In this document: piece after piece, positions 50,701-64,000 of the stretch
Layout: every line of letters begins with the position of its first letter
Numbering within the stretch: position 1 is the stretch's first letter
NCBI GenBank assembly: GCA_002633005.1
Contig: NMRA01000322.1
Coordinates: forward strand, 248,001 to 312,000
Length of the DNA stretch: 64,000 nucleotides
DNA from: Phoronis australis
Taxonomy: Eukaryota > Animalia > Phoronida
Reading direction: 5' to 3'
Made by a program: the position numbers and the translations under genes
The notes under the pieces: model-generated
What the model was told of the DNA's origin: nothing
The model's database searches: none
What the model saw: the letters and a program-made list of their open reading frames with translations, nothing else

Positions 50701-53700
50701 AATATCAAAAATGACGGGTACTAACTGTTATGACAACAAAATTGTAATAACAGAATTTGTTAATCGCCTTACTACCTGTCCTGTTCATTCTCATTCAGAT
50801 GGGATGACTACACTTTGACATTCAATTCAGGGTCACATTTTGGATACTTTTGGCTTGTTCTGTACACAACTCCTGCCTTGTAATTAGTTGCTCTTTTTCA
50901 ACTAAAATTAATACAAGAAATATTCTACTAAAACTGATCGACCTGTAGCTGGAAATTCATATTTTTCAAGTGGACATGAGCTTGTACTTGAGCAAGATAT
51001 TTTGACTAACGGAATGGAAACAGCGAATTCAATGCCACAATTCTAGATAATCCTGTCTCACCGACCGATCGGTGGTCACCATGTTGAATAAGCTAGTAAG
51101 GTCCTGAGCATACATGTGGAGCTCACCTGTCATTCAACATGTGATTTTGGATAGGGTTGTGACATTTTGCTTTTTCACAAGAAACTTGAGCTATTGAACA
51201 CTCCAGATTTGCCTTTCAGTTTGACCTTGATGAATTATTCACTGTTTGGACTTGCACAGAAAAACTATGCCATTGCTATAAATTTTTTAATCATTTGATT
51301 ATCTGATAGTTGTATTGTTGGTAACAGAATGCTATGGAGTATCGTAGCATTAGGTAGAATGCAGTGTGTTTTTTAATTCGTCTTTGATTTAGTACTGAAG
51401 CACCTGGTCATCATTGTAGGTGGAAGGAACAATATGGATCCTGTCTCGTCGTTTGAGGTCTTCGATTTCCAAGAGTCGAAATGGACCTCCCTTGATGCCA
51501 TACCTAGTGAGCGAGTGTTCGCCTTGTACACCAACACAGACACACATATATTCAGTGTAGGCGGACTGCATAAAGAGGCTAGGAAAGGATTCTCGGGAGT
51601 ATGCGAGGTCTTTGACATCGCTAATGGTAGGGAGGGCTTAAGTGTTCACTTAGTTTGTAATGTAAATATTTGTTGACTCGTGGTGAATCTGCCATTTAGA
51701 TTATATGTATCATAATGTAACAGAGTAAGTCTCCACTGAACCTCAGAATATGTATTTTCTCTCATCAGGCATTCGTTTCAGTTCAATTTGCACATGATAA
51801 CGATCAACTTTCCATGAAAGCAAAAGAAGGAAACACCCTTCTCCTAAGCCTGTCGCTAGCGAAGTGCCCGACACATACAGTCGCGCCCACATGCCCACGT
51901 AACAAAGGCGCACTGAGACGCAACAAAGACATTAGCATAAGAATAACTGAACATTTGCAACTAAATAAGAATAACAATAAGCGTAAAGTTACGAACGTCC
52001 CGTCACAATAAGAACCCTCAGGACTTCGACTGAAATTCATCTGAATGGCCGACACTTGCAATTTGTGTGTTTTTACCCTTCAAATATGGTAAACCAATAG
52101 CAAGAGCACTTCACTGTGAACAGTCACATGGTTATCTAAGGAATGTTACACGTGCCTGTATGTAAATGCATTATGTATTATAATGTTATCAAAATCTCTT
52201 TCATTTTCATAAATCTCTCACCACATGTCACGCACTGAATATTTAATACCAGTACAATTGTCTCTGAAATTAAGGACCAGGTCATTAATAGTGGGAATTT
52301 TTTGGATCTTCCAGACATGGCATTTTAAGTGTAATCCATCAATGAGGAGCTCAACATTCACTTGGTGTCGCAATCGAGGGACCTTTCCGCAAAGATTCTG
52401 CTTTCAAATAATTTGATATATGGGTCCCTTATCACACGAATACCTCAGTGTTGATGAACTGCTGTTTGTTCTCAGATTTCAAAAATTAGGACCTACATTT
52501 GTTAGCACTCCGTGGTGAATATCTAGTCACTCATTACTTTTCATTGATTTACGCACAAATATGGATTTTACTAATTGTAAAATCCCTGATGAAAGAAACA
52601 ATGGGTAAAATGCGCTTTAAACTATCAAAGTATAATTGAGAGTATTGTGTTCCTTTTGTTTTGTGCTCTGAATGACTTTCTGAAGCAGTTAATTAAATGG
52701 CAGTAAGTTTGATGTGACCTAATTCTGTTAAGACCTTAAATGGCAATAAGTTTGATGTGACCTGATTTTGTTTTCACCTTAAATGGCAGTAAGTTTGATA
52801 TGACCTAATTCTGTTAACACCTTAAATGGCAATAAGTTTGGTGTGACCTAATTTTGTTAACACCAAAAATGACTGGTAGTAACTTTTCGAACGCCAATAT
52901 TCTAATTACAGAATACAAAATGACTTAGCCACCTCGCTAATTGTCTTGTTATTCTCCCTTAGTTTATTCTCAGTCATGACTGAAGTTTTGTCTAACAATG
53001 AATTAGGCATCCGTCATGACGCACAATTCCAGGTCATTTTGTCTGAATACTGTAGGCTTCTAATTTGAATTTTTGTGCAAACTATTCTTGTTTTAGTCTT
53101 TGCCGTTTTTGCCATTATGTTGTACTTGCAGGTAAACAAATATAAAAATTATTTCAAATTCTGACAAAAATAATTGCAAAATTGCCATTTTCAATTTTTA
53201 ATACCTTACTTTTTAGCTGCAAATTCTCAAAATTTCTTCAAACTGCACAGTTAAAACACTAACATTGAACCATATTTTCCTTATGAATATTTTTGGTTGA
53301 GAAATTTCATAAAGTGAAATTTATTGAATTGAATCAGATTACTTCATCACTTTTTCGGCCAAGATGTTTGTAGTGAATTGCACAAAACTTTAATCAACAT
53401 ATTATGCAAACTCAGTGAAACTCGGTCCTAGGGTTATGCCTGCACAGTCATGTTTTGGGAGAGTTAGTTATAGAACAGGTGATGCAGTGTGGCCTAGTGT
53501 GATGGTACCCACCTTCTTTACTCGAGGTCGTGGGTTCGAGTCCCACTGGGTCACACTGCTAAACCCTTGAGTCAGGTTTCTAGCTCCTCAGCTCGGTTTT
53601 AATTATATATTAAATAAAGCACAAAAATAGATCCAGGTGATCAGTGCAATGGTCCCATATGCGCTGTCTGCGTACGTCTGGTTCAACGTGTACCAGACAG

Positions 53701-56700
53701 CCTGCAATTGAACAGATATCTTAGGCATCCCAACTCTTCGTAGTTCTCTTTTCCAACATTTTGGAGGCATACCTTTTTTTTCTTTAATTCCTATTTTCCT
53801 CGCTTTTTTGTCAAGATTTGTTGATGTCTGAGTAAATTTCTTAAATCTAACAAAAGAAAGCGGTATTAGTTTTCAGAACTAAAGTGAAATGCAATAATCA
53901 CACAATCTGGCTCTTCTTTTTGACACCAGGAGGTGTGATATTCCAAGAAAGGTTGCTTGAAATAAGCTTGTCAAAGCTGGTCATATGTTTATCCTTTAGT
54001 CACTGCAATGAGGGGATAAGATTGGGATTGACTGGAATCCTTTGGATGAGTTTTGGTTTATAAAAGGGCATTTCCCATATGTTTGCATTACTACTTCTTT
54101 CCAGATTATATTGTTGCATTACAATTTGTGAAATGGTCTAACTGTCCCTTTTTATTTATTTTCTACTTTTCCTACTTTTTTGTGAAAAGCTGTTGATAGG
54201 CCTCAGTGACGACATCAAGCCATTTTCTTTCTTTTTCAGGTGTTTGGAAAATTGGTGCTGAGATGCCTACCAAAAGAGGTGACTTTGCAATAGGGGTGAT
54301 AGGAGGACAGGTGATCTGTGCTGGAGGACTAGGTACGGTTGCTCGTCAACAATGAACCAAGTTTCTTAAACCAGGTTACATGATTCTAGTGACCAGAGCT
54401 GCCCTCTAGTGGCTGAGGCAGCTACTTCACTTTGATTATCATCCAAAGTAAAGTATTTTGTCAATTCAACTTGAAATAAACTGTACATTAATGCTACAAA
54501 ACTCCGTCTAGTGCTTGCCCACAACAGCATGTTTTTTTTAATGGTGATTGGCGTGACTTTTGCTTATCACCAGTTCTTCGTACACTCAAAAATATATTTT
54601 AACCTCAACATGATTCAGTGTATAACCTAAGACCACTAAGTGGTAACCACTTTATTGTTCTAGTCTATTAGCCTTTATTATTTTATTAAGCTGTGTATAT
54701 ATCTTACAGAATGGCTAAGTAATCTGTCTTAACTATTTTCATCCGAAAGCGTGGGGATCAATGTTTCAATATTATTTAGTTTTTTCGCTAGTCGATAGAT
54801 GGCACTGGTAGTGTCAAATGTGCCTCATTCTTATTCCTCAGTGAAAGTGTCATGTCAGCTAATTGATAAATGTTTTATTCACATTAATTGCAACCAGTCT
54901 TGAAACAATTAAAATGTTCACAATAACCATACATTTGGTAATAGGGAGATGTAATTTTGGTTGAAAGCTCGTGATATTTCAAGTCATGAGCTGCATACCC
55001 ACCCCTCCCTGGGGGCTTCACTGGCATTCTGTTTATCAAATTTGGGTGAGTTAGTGCCCTGTATTCCTTTGCTTCATTTTCATTGGAACTGTGAACACTG
55101 ACTGGGGATTTGAATTGTGTGTTTGTTGGCAGATTTTGAACCCTATTCCGTTTTGTATGCACCCACATATTTATGTGTGGGTGCATATTGCCGTCGTCTC
55201 TGGGCGCCCTTCGTCCAACGTCCGGCATCCGCAGCTGTATGCCCTAAACTCCTCACAGGATCTTGATGAGATTTGGCAGATGTCTTCCTATTAAGCTGCC
55301 AATGGAAGATGATGATTTTCGGAGGGCTCCAAATACCGGTGTGCCCCTTAGTAGCAATTTTAGTTTTTTAAATTTATCTGTGTATCTTCAAAGTTCCTCA
55401 GTGGATTTTCATGAAATTTGGCACATAGGCATCAATTAGTAAGATGATGCTATCTTTCTGTTTTCGGATGGATTCGAGGTATTTTGCATCACCTAGTGGC
55501 CATTTTTATTGTTTTCAAGCCTGTTTATTGGTATCCGCCCCTCTATCAACCAAACCACTCTAAGAATGATTGTGAAAATTGGCATATATGTTCTTAGTGT
55601 GAAGAGTACGGTTGACGGGGATTTTCCGACAACTTCCGACAACTGTGGCACCTCCTAAAGGCAGTTTTTTTTTGCGCCCATAGCTGTATGTGCTAAACCC
55701 ATTGCAGGATCTTTATTAAATTTAGCTAGTGTATTTGTATGAGGTTGACAACAGACGATGATGACTTTCAGATGGATCTGATGAACGCAATGCCCTCTAG
55801 TATCAATTTCATTTTTCTGTTTTCCTCTGTTTCTCCAAAGTTGCTCAATGGATTTTCATGAAATTTGGCAAGTAACTTTCAGTTAAGAAACGATGATATG
55901 TTCTCATTTCGGATGGATTCAACGTATTTTGCGCCATCTAGTGGCCATTTTTATGATACAAATAAACACCCCTAAAAGCACACCATTTACGGTGCATTCA
56001 TGGGCACATTTCAACGCTTTGCATTGCTCTTGTTTATTGGCCATATGTGTTTAGTGTGCTCTGGAGCATGCTTTAGGGAGCCACTGTGGTCTGTAGTCTT
56101 TTAATGGGAGTCACCGTGGTTTGAGTGACTTGAGGGTTCCTATGGAAACCAGTGTTGAATACTAATGATGCTATGTATTTTTTGCATTTGCCTCTGTATT
56201 TTTGGAGTTCATGGGTGTATTTTTGTGAAATAAGTTTGGAGGGATTTGACATATTCTGTACCACCTAGTGGCCATTTTTTGTTAATTTTGAATACGTTTT
56301 GGCATGTCCCTTTTTTATCCGCCAAATTGCTTAAAGGTTCATTACGAAACTTAGCAAAAACTCTTGTCTCTCTATCTTTGGAGTTCCATGGCAGACGTTC
56401 ATGAAATGTGGCAAATATTTTCTATTAGAGAGACTACAATGCCTATCACATTTTGGATGGCTTTGGTACATCCTGCGCCATCTAATGGCCATTTTATGAT
56501 ACGTTTGCGATGCAGTCGTGGGCGTATTTTAAGTCTCCTCGTTGCTCTTGTTAAAAATACAATAATGGAACGAATTGGATTTCTTCCAGGTAACCAAGGT
56601 CAGCCGTTGAAGACAGTCGAAGCATACGATGAGTCCAGTGACTCGTGGACAGCGTTGGCCGAGATGCCCAGTTCCCACTGCTCCTGCACTTACTTGTCCA

Positions 56701-56780
56701 GCAATGATAAGATGTACATTGCCGGTGGTTTATCAGTTGGAGGTGCCAGTGCTCGTTTCGTAATCCTTTCTATGAAATAA
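44723..56780 (+). CDS. KLHDC8: Kelch domain-containing protein 8-like (KLHDC8A/B family), 6 coding exons, about 343 aa
   Basis: Exons 44723-44873, 46723-46947, 49769-49933, 51420-51626, 54240-54332, 56590-56780. All introns are phase 1 and GT-AG; total 1032 nt. Repeated kelch blades: KRVYCS..VYVIGGCD, IYAVGGM..WEELPPMPTPRY, LYVIGGR, MPTKRGDF..CAGGLGNQ. There is no BTB domain. Family assignment is by recalled similarity to vertebrate KLHDC8A/B. Confidence 0.9.
48137..49041 (+). mobile_element. Tc2/pogo-like TIR element, copy 3
   Basis: TIRs read TA-ccgtattcgccctaataagtgccc and gggcgcttattagggcaaatacgg-TA. Confidence 0.85.
52693..52870. repeat. Tandem repeat, 43-bp unit, 4 copies
   Basis: ttaaatggcartaagtttgatgtgacctaattytgttaacacc starts at 52693, 52736, 52779 and 52822. 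Confidence 0.95.
53478..53709 (+). mobile_element. tRNA-derived SINE, same family as 30377
   Basis: gcagtgtggcctagtg..gggttcgagtcccactgg..aaacccttgagtcaggtttctagctcctc..gtctggttcaacgtgtaccagac. Confidence 0.85.
55151..56552 (+). mobile_element. HINE-like elements, copy G (55151-56033) and older fragment H (to 56552)
   Basis: Reverse complement of copies C and E: ttttgtatgcacccacatatttatgtgtgggtgcata to gggcacatttcaacgctttgcattgctcttgtt. A second terminus, gggcgtatttt..gttgctcttgtt, ends at 56552. Confidence 0.78.
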
Positions 56781-58260
56781 CTAGGCAAACTAGTTCTTAA
56801 ATCTCACCTGCTGTACCCAAGCCTGATATTAAGATGCGATATCTGTATTAATTGGTAATTAATAGTGTCAATTTACTGTGTCTTGATAAGCAGTGAGTCT
56901 GTTCAAATGCTACCAGCCGAATCTTAATCTATTCGTGCCGGGACTTTATGGTTATATATAACCTGTGATACTATTACTGGGTCATGGATCGTTTTTGCAG
57001 TGGCAGAGGTATCAGGCAATGATACTTTAAAGCTGCATCGCAAAATTCACATTGCACTATTTTGTTGTTAAATGTAAACAAGAGTGACTGTTCAAATGGT
57101 TGCTCAGTTCCTAACCACTATGCTGCTGGGTGCCATCAGCTACCTACCCACGTTGCCAAAGCCTCAACAATTGCACTTCCCAAATTGAGATTCATCCTCT
57201 AGTTGCTTCTATTTTGAGTGAGAATTTATTAAATAGTATCAAATTTCTCTCACTTAGCCTTGTTGTGTGGAATAATAACCCCGGTGCTTGTGAGCAGTAG
57301 AACTGTGTCCCTGAAAAATAACTCTTTTTGCCACCTGGATTTTTGAGGAACAGTCCAAATGGGAACTTGATGAGTTCCAACTGGTGGCACTGCTATTGAT
57401 ATTGAAAGTTGTTTCATGTGCTTCACAGCCCCAAAGACTGATATTTATGTGACAAGTTATCTCCCCTTGATATCTTATTGGTTTGATCAGTGCACGAAGA
57501 GCATTATGTGTTATTGGTGCACCTATTCGCAGGGTTTTTTTATCTGGTTTTGCGCAATGTTTTTCAATTTACACTTTATTTGGTATATCATTTTATGTTG
57601 TTTTTCAGGATTGACATAAATTCATTTTCCATGTCGTGTCATGGTGTAACAATGATTTCAATAAAAAATGTTCCATCCAAGTAGTTTTCTTCAGTTGAAC
57701 AAGTGTTTAACCCTGTGAATATAAATATAAATAAAACAACAATTATGGATCAACTGAAATTTTAGGATAAAATCACTTTTTTTCAACAGAAACGATGTGA
57801 TTATATACAAAAATTTCAGTTGATTCATTAATTTATGTTAATGTATTCTACATTTTCCCCACAATAGTGTCCTTCAGAGGATCTGGATCGTTCCATTTAG
57901 TTTCAGATTTATTCTCTACCTAACCCTGTGAGAAATGCTTTCAACCGTTGTCCGGTGAATGCAACGAGTGTACGCCGGATGCCGTTGGAAGTACCCCAGA
58001 ATTGCACCATGACTCTTGGCACTCCACCCCTCTCCCTTCCAGAGCCTAGTGCTGTATTGTCTGTGTGTTTGAATTGTTTGTTCAAGTTAAATAAAAGATA
58101 AAAGATAACAAAAGAAAAGGTTATGAGAGCCAATTCTGTGAAGTCGGAAAAGGGAATGAAACCTACTTTAAATATTACAAACCGAAGCCATCTTTCAAAC
58201 ACTGAGCCTTCATTTTGTGACGAGTTTTTTACTATCTTTTTCTTAAAACGTTGTTCTTAG

Positions 58261-58777
58261 AGAGGCCTGGAACGTGATAAACGTACTAAATTGCAATATT
58301 GAAAGTGGTTCTCGGCCACTGAAACGGAATTCAAGAACCTTCTCACCAGGTATTTTTAGGATTTGTTCTAAAGATTTTTAATTTCTGTTGACATCAAAGT
58401 ATTTTCTTTTAGTTTAAGTTAAAAAAACAGCTGACAGCTGCTCGACACTAATTCGCCGATTTTTCTCCCACAAGGCAAAGCACGTCTCCTTATTTGGTAT
58501 AGACGTAGCACATTTCGGTTGTATGGAAAATGTGACCTTTGACCTCAAGCGACTTCAAGCAACGGACTGTGAGCGCATCAAAAGTGAGAGGGAGATTGGA
58601 AACTCTGTGGTAACCACACTGACAGTTTTTCTTTCGCACGTATTTCAAAAATCGTGAATTATGCGATTTTTTCTGGAAATTAAAAGTGAATTGTTCTGTA
58701 CTAGACGTTGCGAGATGGTACGTTCGTCAGGAATTGTTTGAAAGATATTTTGACGAGCTTTCGCATTCCATACCTCT
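58261..58777. mobile_element. Kolobok-like MITE; interior shared with about 8115-8375
   Basis: TIRs agaggcctggaacgtga and tcgcattccatacctct, flanked by TTAG and TTAA. The segment aaagtggttctc.gccactgaaac..tcaccaggtattttt..acaaggcaaa is also present at 8115-8375. Confidence 0.6.
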
Positions 58778-59002
58778 TTAAGCAGTAGAATAAAACAACT
58801 ATAACAATTTTCGAAACATTTATTATACGTAGAATTTATGAACTATGTTTATTTATTTATGTTCTAAGAAATTGGGGGCTAAAATTAAAGGTATGCCTAT
58901 TTTTAGTAGTTCTGCAAATGAAATTAAACGAGTTTTTCTGTAAAGACAATGTGTAATTACTTTGACTGCCAAAGTAACGCATTCCGTGTCAGAGAACAGT
59001 TG

Positions 59003-62000
59003 TTAGGTGTTCGTATTATCTAGGCCTACGAAGTCCTCTAGGGTTTCATAATCGAAAGACAAATCGGACAGTTCGCTTGCGTTGTCATTGAAATACAGTT
59101 CGAACAAAGTTCTTAAGCTTTTTCTTCGTTGCGAAACGTCCTCCGCTGTTAGTGGTTCCTCTTGTCCAAAGGAGGCGCAACTTTGCAAGAAGTCGTGCAG
59201 TGATTCCGCCCTCTGCCTTGGCGTAAGAGATAACCTCGGAGATGTAGATGAATAAACGGAAATGTTACTATTTCTTCTTGGTTCGTTTTGGGTAACCTCT
59301 TGCAAAACTATTGTTTGTGGGGATACTATTGCCTGGCCCTCTCGTGCATTTGCAGCGACATCTCTTTTCGCCTGAAAGTCCTGTAGTAATTTCTTTCGCC
59401 TTAACGATTTCTCACTCATGAAAACACTAGCACCTGTTAACACAGAAATAAACTATCATTGATGGCAAAATAAAAATGGAATACATAAATTTTAAAATAA
59501 TATTCACAATAGACACGTGTTAGACCGCAAACTGTCACAACTACGCACTCTGTCACAATGTTCAGTTCGTGCACAGCTTCGAAGCACAAAGAGCCGTAAT
59601 TTGTAATTTGTGGGGTTGCAACCCTCAAATTGCGACAGTTTGCAAAGAACTTTGCATCACAAATTGTAACAAGATAATGATTACGCAATGGGCGAAAGTA
59701 AATAGGTGGTGCTGATGCAACAACCTGTAGAAAAGCATGGGTCAGGATAAGAAACCGGCTCATTAGGCTCACCAAGAACTACCAATCCACGACATTTCGT
59801 GGCGGGACATTTCTTCAACGTAAATACATGGAAGTGACGTAAGGTCTAAAAACAAACGGACGCTGGTACTGAATACTGAAAAAGATGTAGACGGTTGTAG
59901 TATTCAGTCGTCTGTCGGTGATACTGCAGTTACCCGTTGTGTCTGAGAATGGTTTGAGCAGCTGATCTTGCTATAGAAAGTAGCAACAGAGGGAGCTTTT
60001 ATGGTGTTTTGGCCCATATTATTCCACAGTCTAGTGGAAGACAGGATAAAGCTATGGAGGTGAGAGTTGTGCCTACAGGGGGATGCGAAAGGAAAGTGAG
60101 TGGCTGTATCTAGAAGAGCGAGTAGGCGGCGAGGGTATCATGTAGTCTGCAACTTTGCAACAATCCCCTCGAACACTACTGCAAATGACAACGAAAGTTT
60201 CATATCCGCTCCTCTATTAGCTCCAGTTTTCCTGTTGAGTTGTTGAACCATATCTGCAACGCGGGAAGTCTGTCTATATCTGCATATCGGACAGCTGTGT
60301 GCTGAATCTGTGTAGACTGTCGCAAAATGAGAGTTACATCACAGTTAGTGTTTCAAATGTCAGCTCAAATTATTCGCAGTTTGAGGGCGACAGTGTGTGG
60401 TTTCACATATGTCTATAGTTGACGAAGCTGGAACGTTTTGAACATAGCAAAATAATGGAAACACAGATCTAATACATAATATCTCAACAACCGACCTGGC
60501 TTTGAAGGATTTAAAAGTAATGAAAGTGAAATAATTTACCCAATGGAACCCAACCTCGGGGGCTTGGCCGTACTAAAATCAATAGAGGCAATGTCCGCAA
60601 CAGAAGTGGCATTGCCTTTATATTCACAGCTTTCTACACATTACTGTTCAGGTACAATATGTAGTTTATCTAAGTAATCGCAGCGTTGTTATACAACATA
60701 CTTTTCACATCAACACACTGTTGCGTAAATGGCGGTGAGATAAACGTACAGACTGCATGGTGCATGACTCAGATGAGTAAGAAATGGAAGGACCGTTACG
60801 GGGGCAGTTTATGCAAACCTCACTGCAAAAAAAAACAATCAATCTGCTCGCTTATCATTCTCACCTGTTGTCGGTCTTTTAACTCTTTTGAAAGTTACGT
60901 AATGAAGACATGTGCCAACAATGTACCCAAAGCCTTCTCGGTACTGGGAATTGAATATTCCATATATTACAGGATTAAGACATGCGTTGGAGCAGACCAG
61001 TTTGATGGCAGTGTCCTCAGACCATTTCGGGAGGTCCACATCAAGCATTATTAAAATGATAATAACCTGTAACACAAAGAATTTGGAGTTGAACCTGTCA
61101 AATATACTTTGATAGTCAATTTAAAGTAAATCGTGCTCATGTACCACCACAGGTTGCTCGACAACCGCGATTTTAACTCAGAAGAAGAAGTCTGATTGGC
61201 ATGGGTTTTTTTCCGCAGCACACGTATTTCCTCTCGCGCACGCAATTTTTATTTGTGTACCACTTTTCACTTCCCGCGAGCAATGTTTTGCATACTGTCA
61301 CCATTTATTTTGCTTGGTGTGACAAAAATTGTTTAACACATTTACTCAGAAATATGAATACCAGAAAATGATATTATTGTGGGAGCTTACGGTGTTTTTC
61401 ATATTTCAAATATCCCAAAGTTTCTCAGAAGTTAGGAAAATGACAAAGTTGACTCTAATTGTAGGGATACAACGATTTGAATTTTCCAGACTGCAGATTT
61501 GACTCTCTTACAACCTTTTCACGCTCCATAGAATGAGCGCTTCTGGTTTCACTGCAAAAAAAACAGAAAGAGTTCAATTAATTGTCCTCTGGCTTGGCTC
61601 ATCAGCTTAGTTGAAAATCTGTCGATATATGGTTTTTGGAGCAATACAAACTGTCTGCGTTTGGTGGCAAAACTTGAAAACTGTTGTTTTCTGTACCAAG
61701 AGCCAACCGTGATACTTGTAACTTCTACGCAATGAAAGCAAAACTTTGTAAATCCTGGAATAAGAAAAACATCAATTCTCAGTAAAATTACATCCTGATA
61801 TTCATATTGTAGGGAAAAATGTTTATTTAGCATTTTGGTACAATTTTTGACTATATACTTAATGGCGCTTCAAGTCAAAGTTATTGAAGCTCGCAAATAA
61901 GGACATATTTTGGTAGCTGGCGCGAGAGGATTTGTGGTACAACACAAACGAAATTAAGCTGAGGGAAATCTGTTGTTCGTCTGTCGAGAACGCGATTTGT

Positions 62001-63857
62001 GGAAATCCGCTCTTTAGAGGTGCACTTTTCAGCAAGGTGTTCAAACTGTAATAAACACATGTCTAGGAAGGTACTGTTATAAAACAGGGCTTAGGTATGG
62101 TATAAGAATCTAAGTCTTCTTACCCGTCTACGCGCATATCAGAAAGTTTCTATTTCCGATCAGAGACCTTTTCAGCCTCCCGTTCAGTAACGCTAGGACC
62201 TCGCTAAAAAGCAAGACTTCGCGAGATTACGTGAGATATTGCAATGTATTTTAAATGAGAACACGTGACTTTGACTAGGTTTTAGCTAGGTCCTAGCGTA
62301 GGTCCTAGCGTCTACTGAACGCACGCCAGAGTTTACTCAACGTCATGCGATCTGACCAACAAATGACGTGCAAGAATGTTAACAATTCTTACTAATAAAA
62401 ACCCATGTTATATTTTTCACAAACCGAGACTTTGGCATTGCGAGTCACAACGGAAAAAAACGCAAGTCAGGTTATTAAGCGTGAACAAAATCTCAATTGC
62501 CTTAGCAAAATGTGTATAGATTGCAAATCGTTGTCAGTTAATCCAAGAGATTGTGAGTAAAATCAGAGAACACAAGAGAATAAAAAAAACTTACAGCATA
62601 CGGAATCCAAAGAAAGAAAAATGTCGTCGTCGTTATCAGGCAAACTTTAGCAAATTGAATTTCTTTACGTTGACGCCACTGTCTTCTTATTTCGTTCTTG
62701 AAAAAATTTCCCAACTTTTTCCATGCGGTGACTATATCGTTACTTAGTTCGACCTCCGATGGTTCGTTGGAAGCACTCTGCAGGGCCTCGTCTGTGTCTC
62801 TACAGTTTAGCGAATGAGTCTTCGCTGAGCCATTAACACTTTCACTTACGCCATGTTCTTCTGCAATTACAGCTAATGTAGTCACATTAGGCAGTTGATA
62901 CGGCAATTTGGTTTTTCCATTGGCAGAGGAAACATGTTTGCTTAAAGGCGAAAGGTTCTCGATAAGCATGTCCTGGCCAGTGGCGCCATTTCTTTTATCA
63001 ATTTTTGTTAGAGTTATGTTCACATCGTCACTAGACGCTATGTTATTAGTCTTCCGAGAGTTTGAAGGAGGCTCACGTTTGGTTAATTCTATTCCAAAAC
63101 CTCCGCTGTCTACTACGTCGAAAGCAGGGTTCGTGTTGCCCATTGTATACGAATTCGATGTGAATTTGTTTTCCCTTTTCTGGCGCCTTTTCTGAAACCG
63201 CGCGACAGCTACCGCTACGGAAATGTGGCAGAAGGTGAAAACTATTACTCCAAACAAGAAAATGACCCAAGTGGCCACCGCCATCAAAGTTTTATAAGTT
63301 GATCCCATTGTCCAATCGTTGAGGCAGAAGTACCAGGTTTTCAACACGCGAATTTGAGCTGGATCCAGGATAGGGGTTAAAGCGGAACTCCCGTAAGCAA
63401 ATATTATCATTGCCACTATGATGATCCTAACTGTTCGTGTAGTCATGGCAGATTTGTATCTGAGCGGCTTTATCAACGCAATATATCTATCTACTGAGAT
63501 AATAACGTTTGTGACGAAATTAAGTTTTAAGTACGAATATGCCATGAAGGATTGATACAAACAAAGGGGGCGACTGCTTCCCAGCCACTCTTGCCTAGCT
63601 AGAGACACAACAGACACTGTGTGTATGCAAACGACACATGTTAAATCAGAGGTCGCGATCAAGCAAATAAAAATATCCGGTATAGTTTTTTTGGCGCGAA
63701 CCACGTGCGCAGCGACGATGACCGTAAGCAAGTTGCCAATCAATGCAAACGGTAACACGCTACAGTAGAAGATGATGTGACGTATGTCGTTTTTGTCTGC
63801 GCATTCCATCGGATCGCTGAAGTTGCCAATACATCGAGCGTACGTTCCATTATCCAT
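59003..63857 (-). CDS. Rhodopsin-class GPCR, prostanoid (prostaglandin E2 EP4-like) receptor-related, 3 coding exons, about 631 aa
   Basis: Exons 63857-62595, 61066-60865, 59433-59003, with intron phases 0 and 1. Motifs: GN in TM1, IATSD in TM2, SVDRY in TM3, TWYFC in ECL2, EIQF..FLWIPYA in TM6, NPVIY in TM7. The N-terminus has N-glycosylation sequons (NGT, NFS). The intron at the end of TM6 is typical of prostanoid receptor genes. A splice acceptor at about 63884 suggests a 5' UTR exon beyond the window. The GPCR call is strong; the subfamily call is less certain. Confidence 0.88.
62175..62327. mobile_element. Small MITE / inverted repeat
   Basis: Left arm cgttcagtaacgctaggacctcgctaaaa; right arm ttttagctaggtcctagcg(taggtcctagcg)tctactgaacg. 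Confidence 0.65.
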
Positions 63858-64000
63858 TGCGATGACATTACTCTTCACGATATCTGGAAAAACATGCACC
63901 TGGATTAATTTTCTTGTTTCATATCATCGTGCAAGAGCTGTCGTGTGCAAAACGTAGATATACGTTACTAGCGTTTTGATCGTGTGACGAATTAATGATT

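Noticed and set aside
56364-56589. N-terminal part of the 138-aa ORF
   Set aside because: It is intronic HINE-derived sequence; only 56590-56780 is the last kelch exon.
60960-61066. Opsin, because of a lysine in TM7
   Set aside because: The Lys is at 7.40, whereas the retinal-binding Lys of opsins is at 7.43, which is Cys here.
62538-63899. The 453-aa ORF as a complete single-exon gene starting at 63899
   Set aside because: 63899 is a GTG, and the first in-frame ATG is at 63857. The ORF reads through a donor at 62594 and lacks TM7, which lies in the next exon.

Overview
This is intron-rich, AT-rich animal genomic DNA, most likely from an invertebrate; the species cannot be determined from the sequence. 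I assembled three protein-coding genes by hand from GT-AG splice sites with consistent phases. (1) AASS, the bifunctional lysine-ketoglutarate reductase/saccharopine dehydrogenase: minus strand, 22 coding exons, 35666..912, about 932 aa. (2) A KLHDC8-like kelch-repeat protein: plus strand, 6 coding exons, 44723..56780, about 343 aa, head-to-head with AASS. (3) A rhodopsin-class GPCR resembling prostanoid receptors: minus strand, 3 coding exons, 63857..59003, about 631 aa. Introns contain many repeats: Helentron-associated (HINE/DINE-1-like) elements whose internal units each carry a CTCF-like motif, Tc2/pogo-like TIR elements with a decayed HIRAN-like ORF, a decayed Penelope retroelement, tRNA-derived SINEs, several MITEs and minisatellites. 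A divergent full-length U6-like sequence with its own 5' stem-loop lies in the last AASS intron. A duplication around the single N at 39661 looks like two uncollapsed haplotypes. Most ORFs in the supplied track are spurious. Coordinates were counted by eye, and repeat boundaries are approximate. I cannot demonstrate a new biological system; the best leads are the CTCF-motif arrays, the U6 variant and the HIRAN-carrying transposon.
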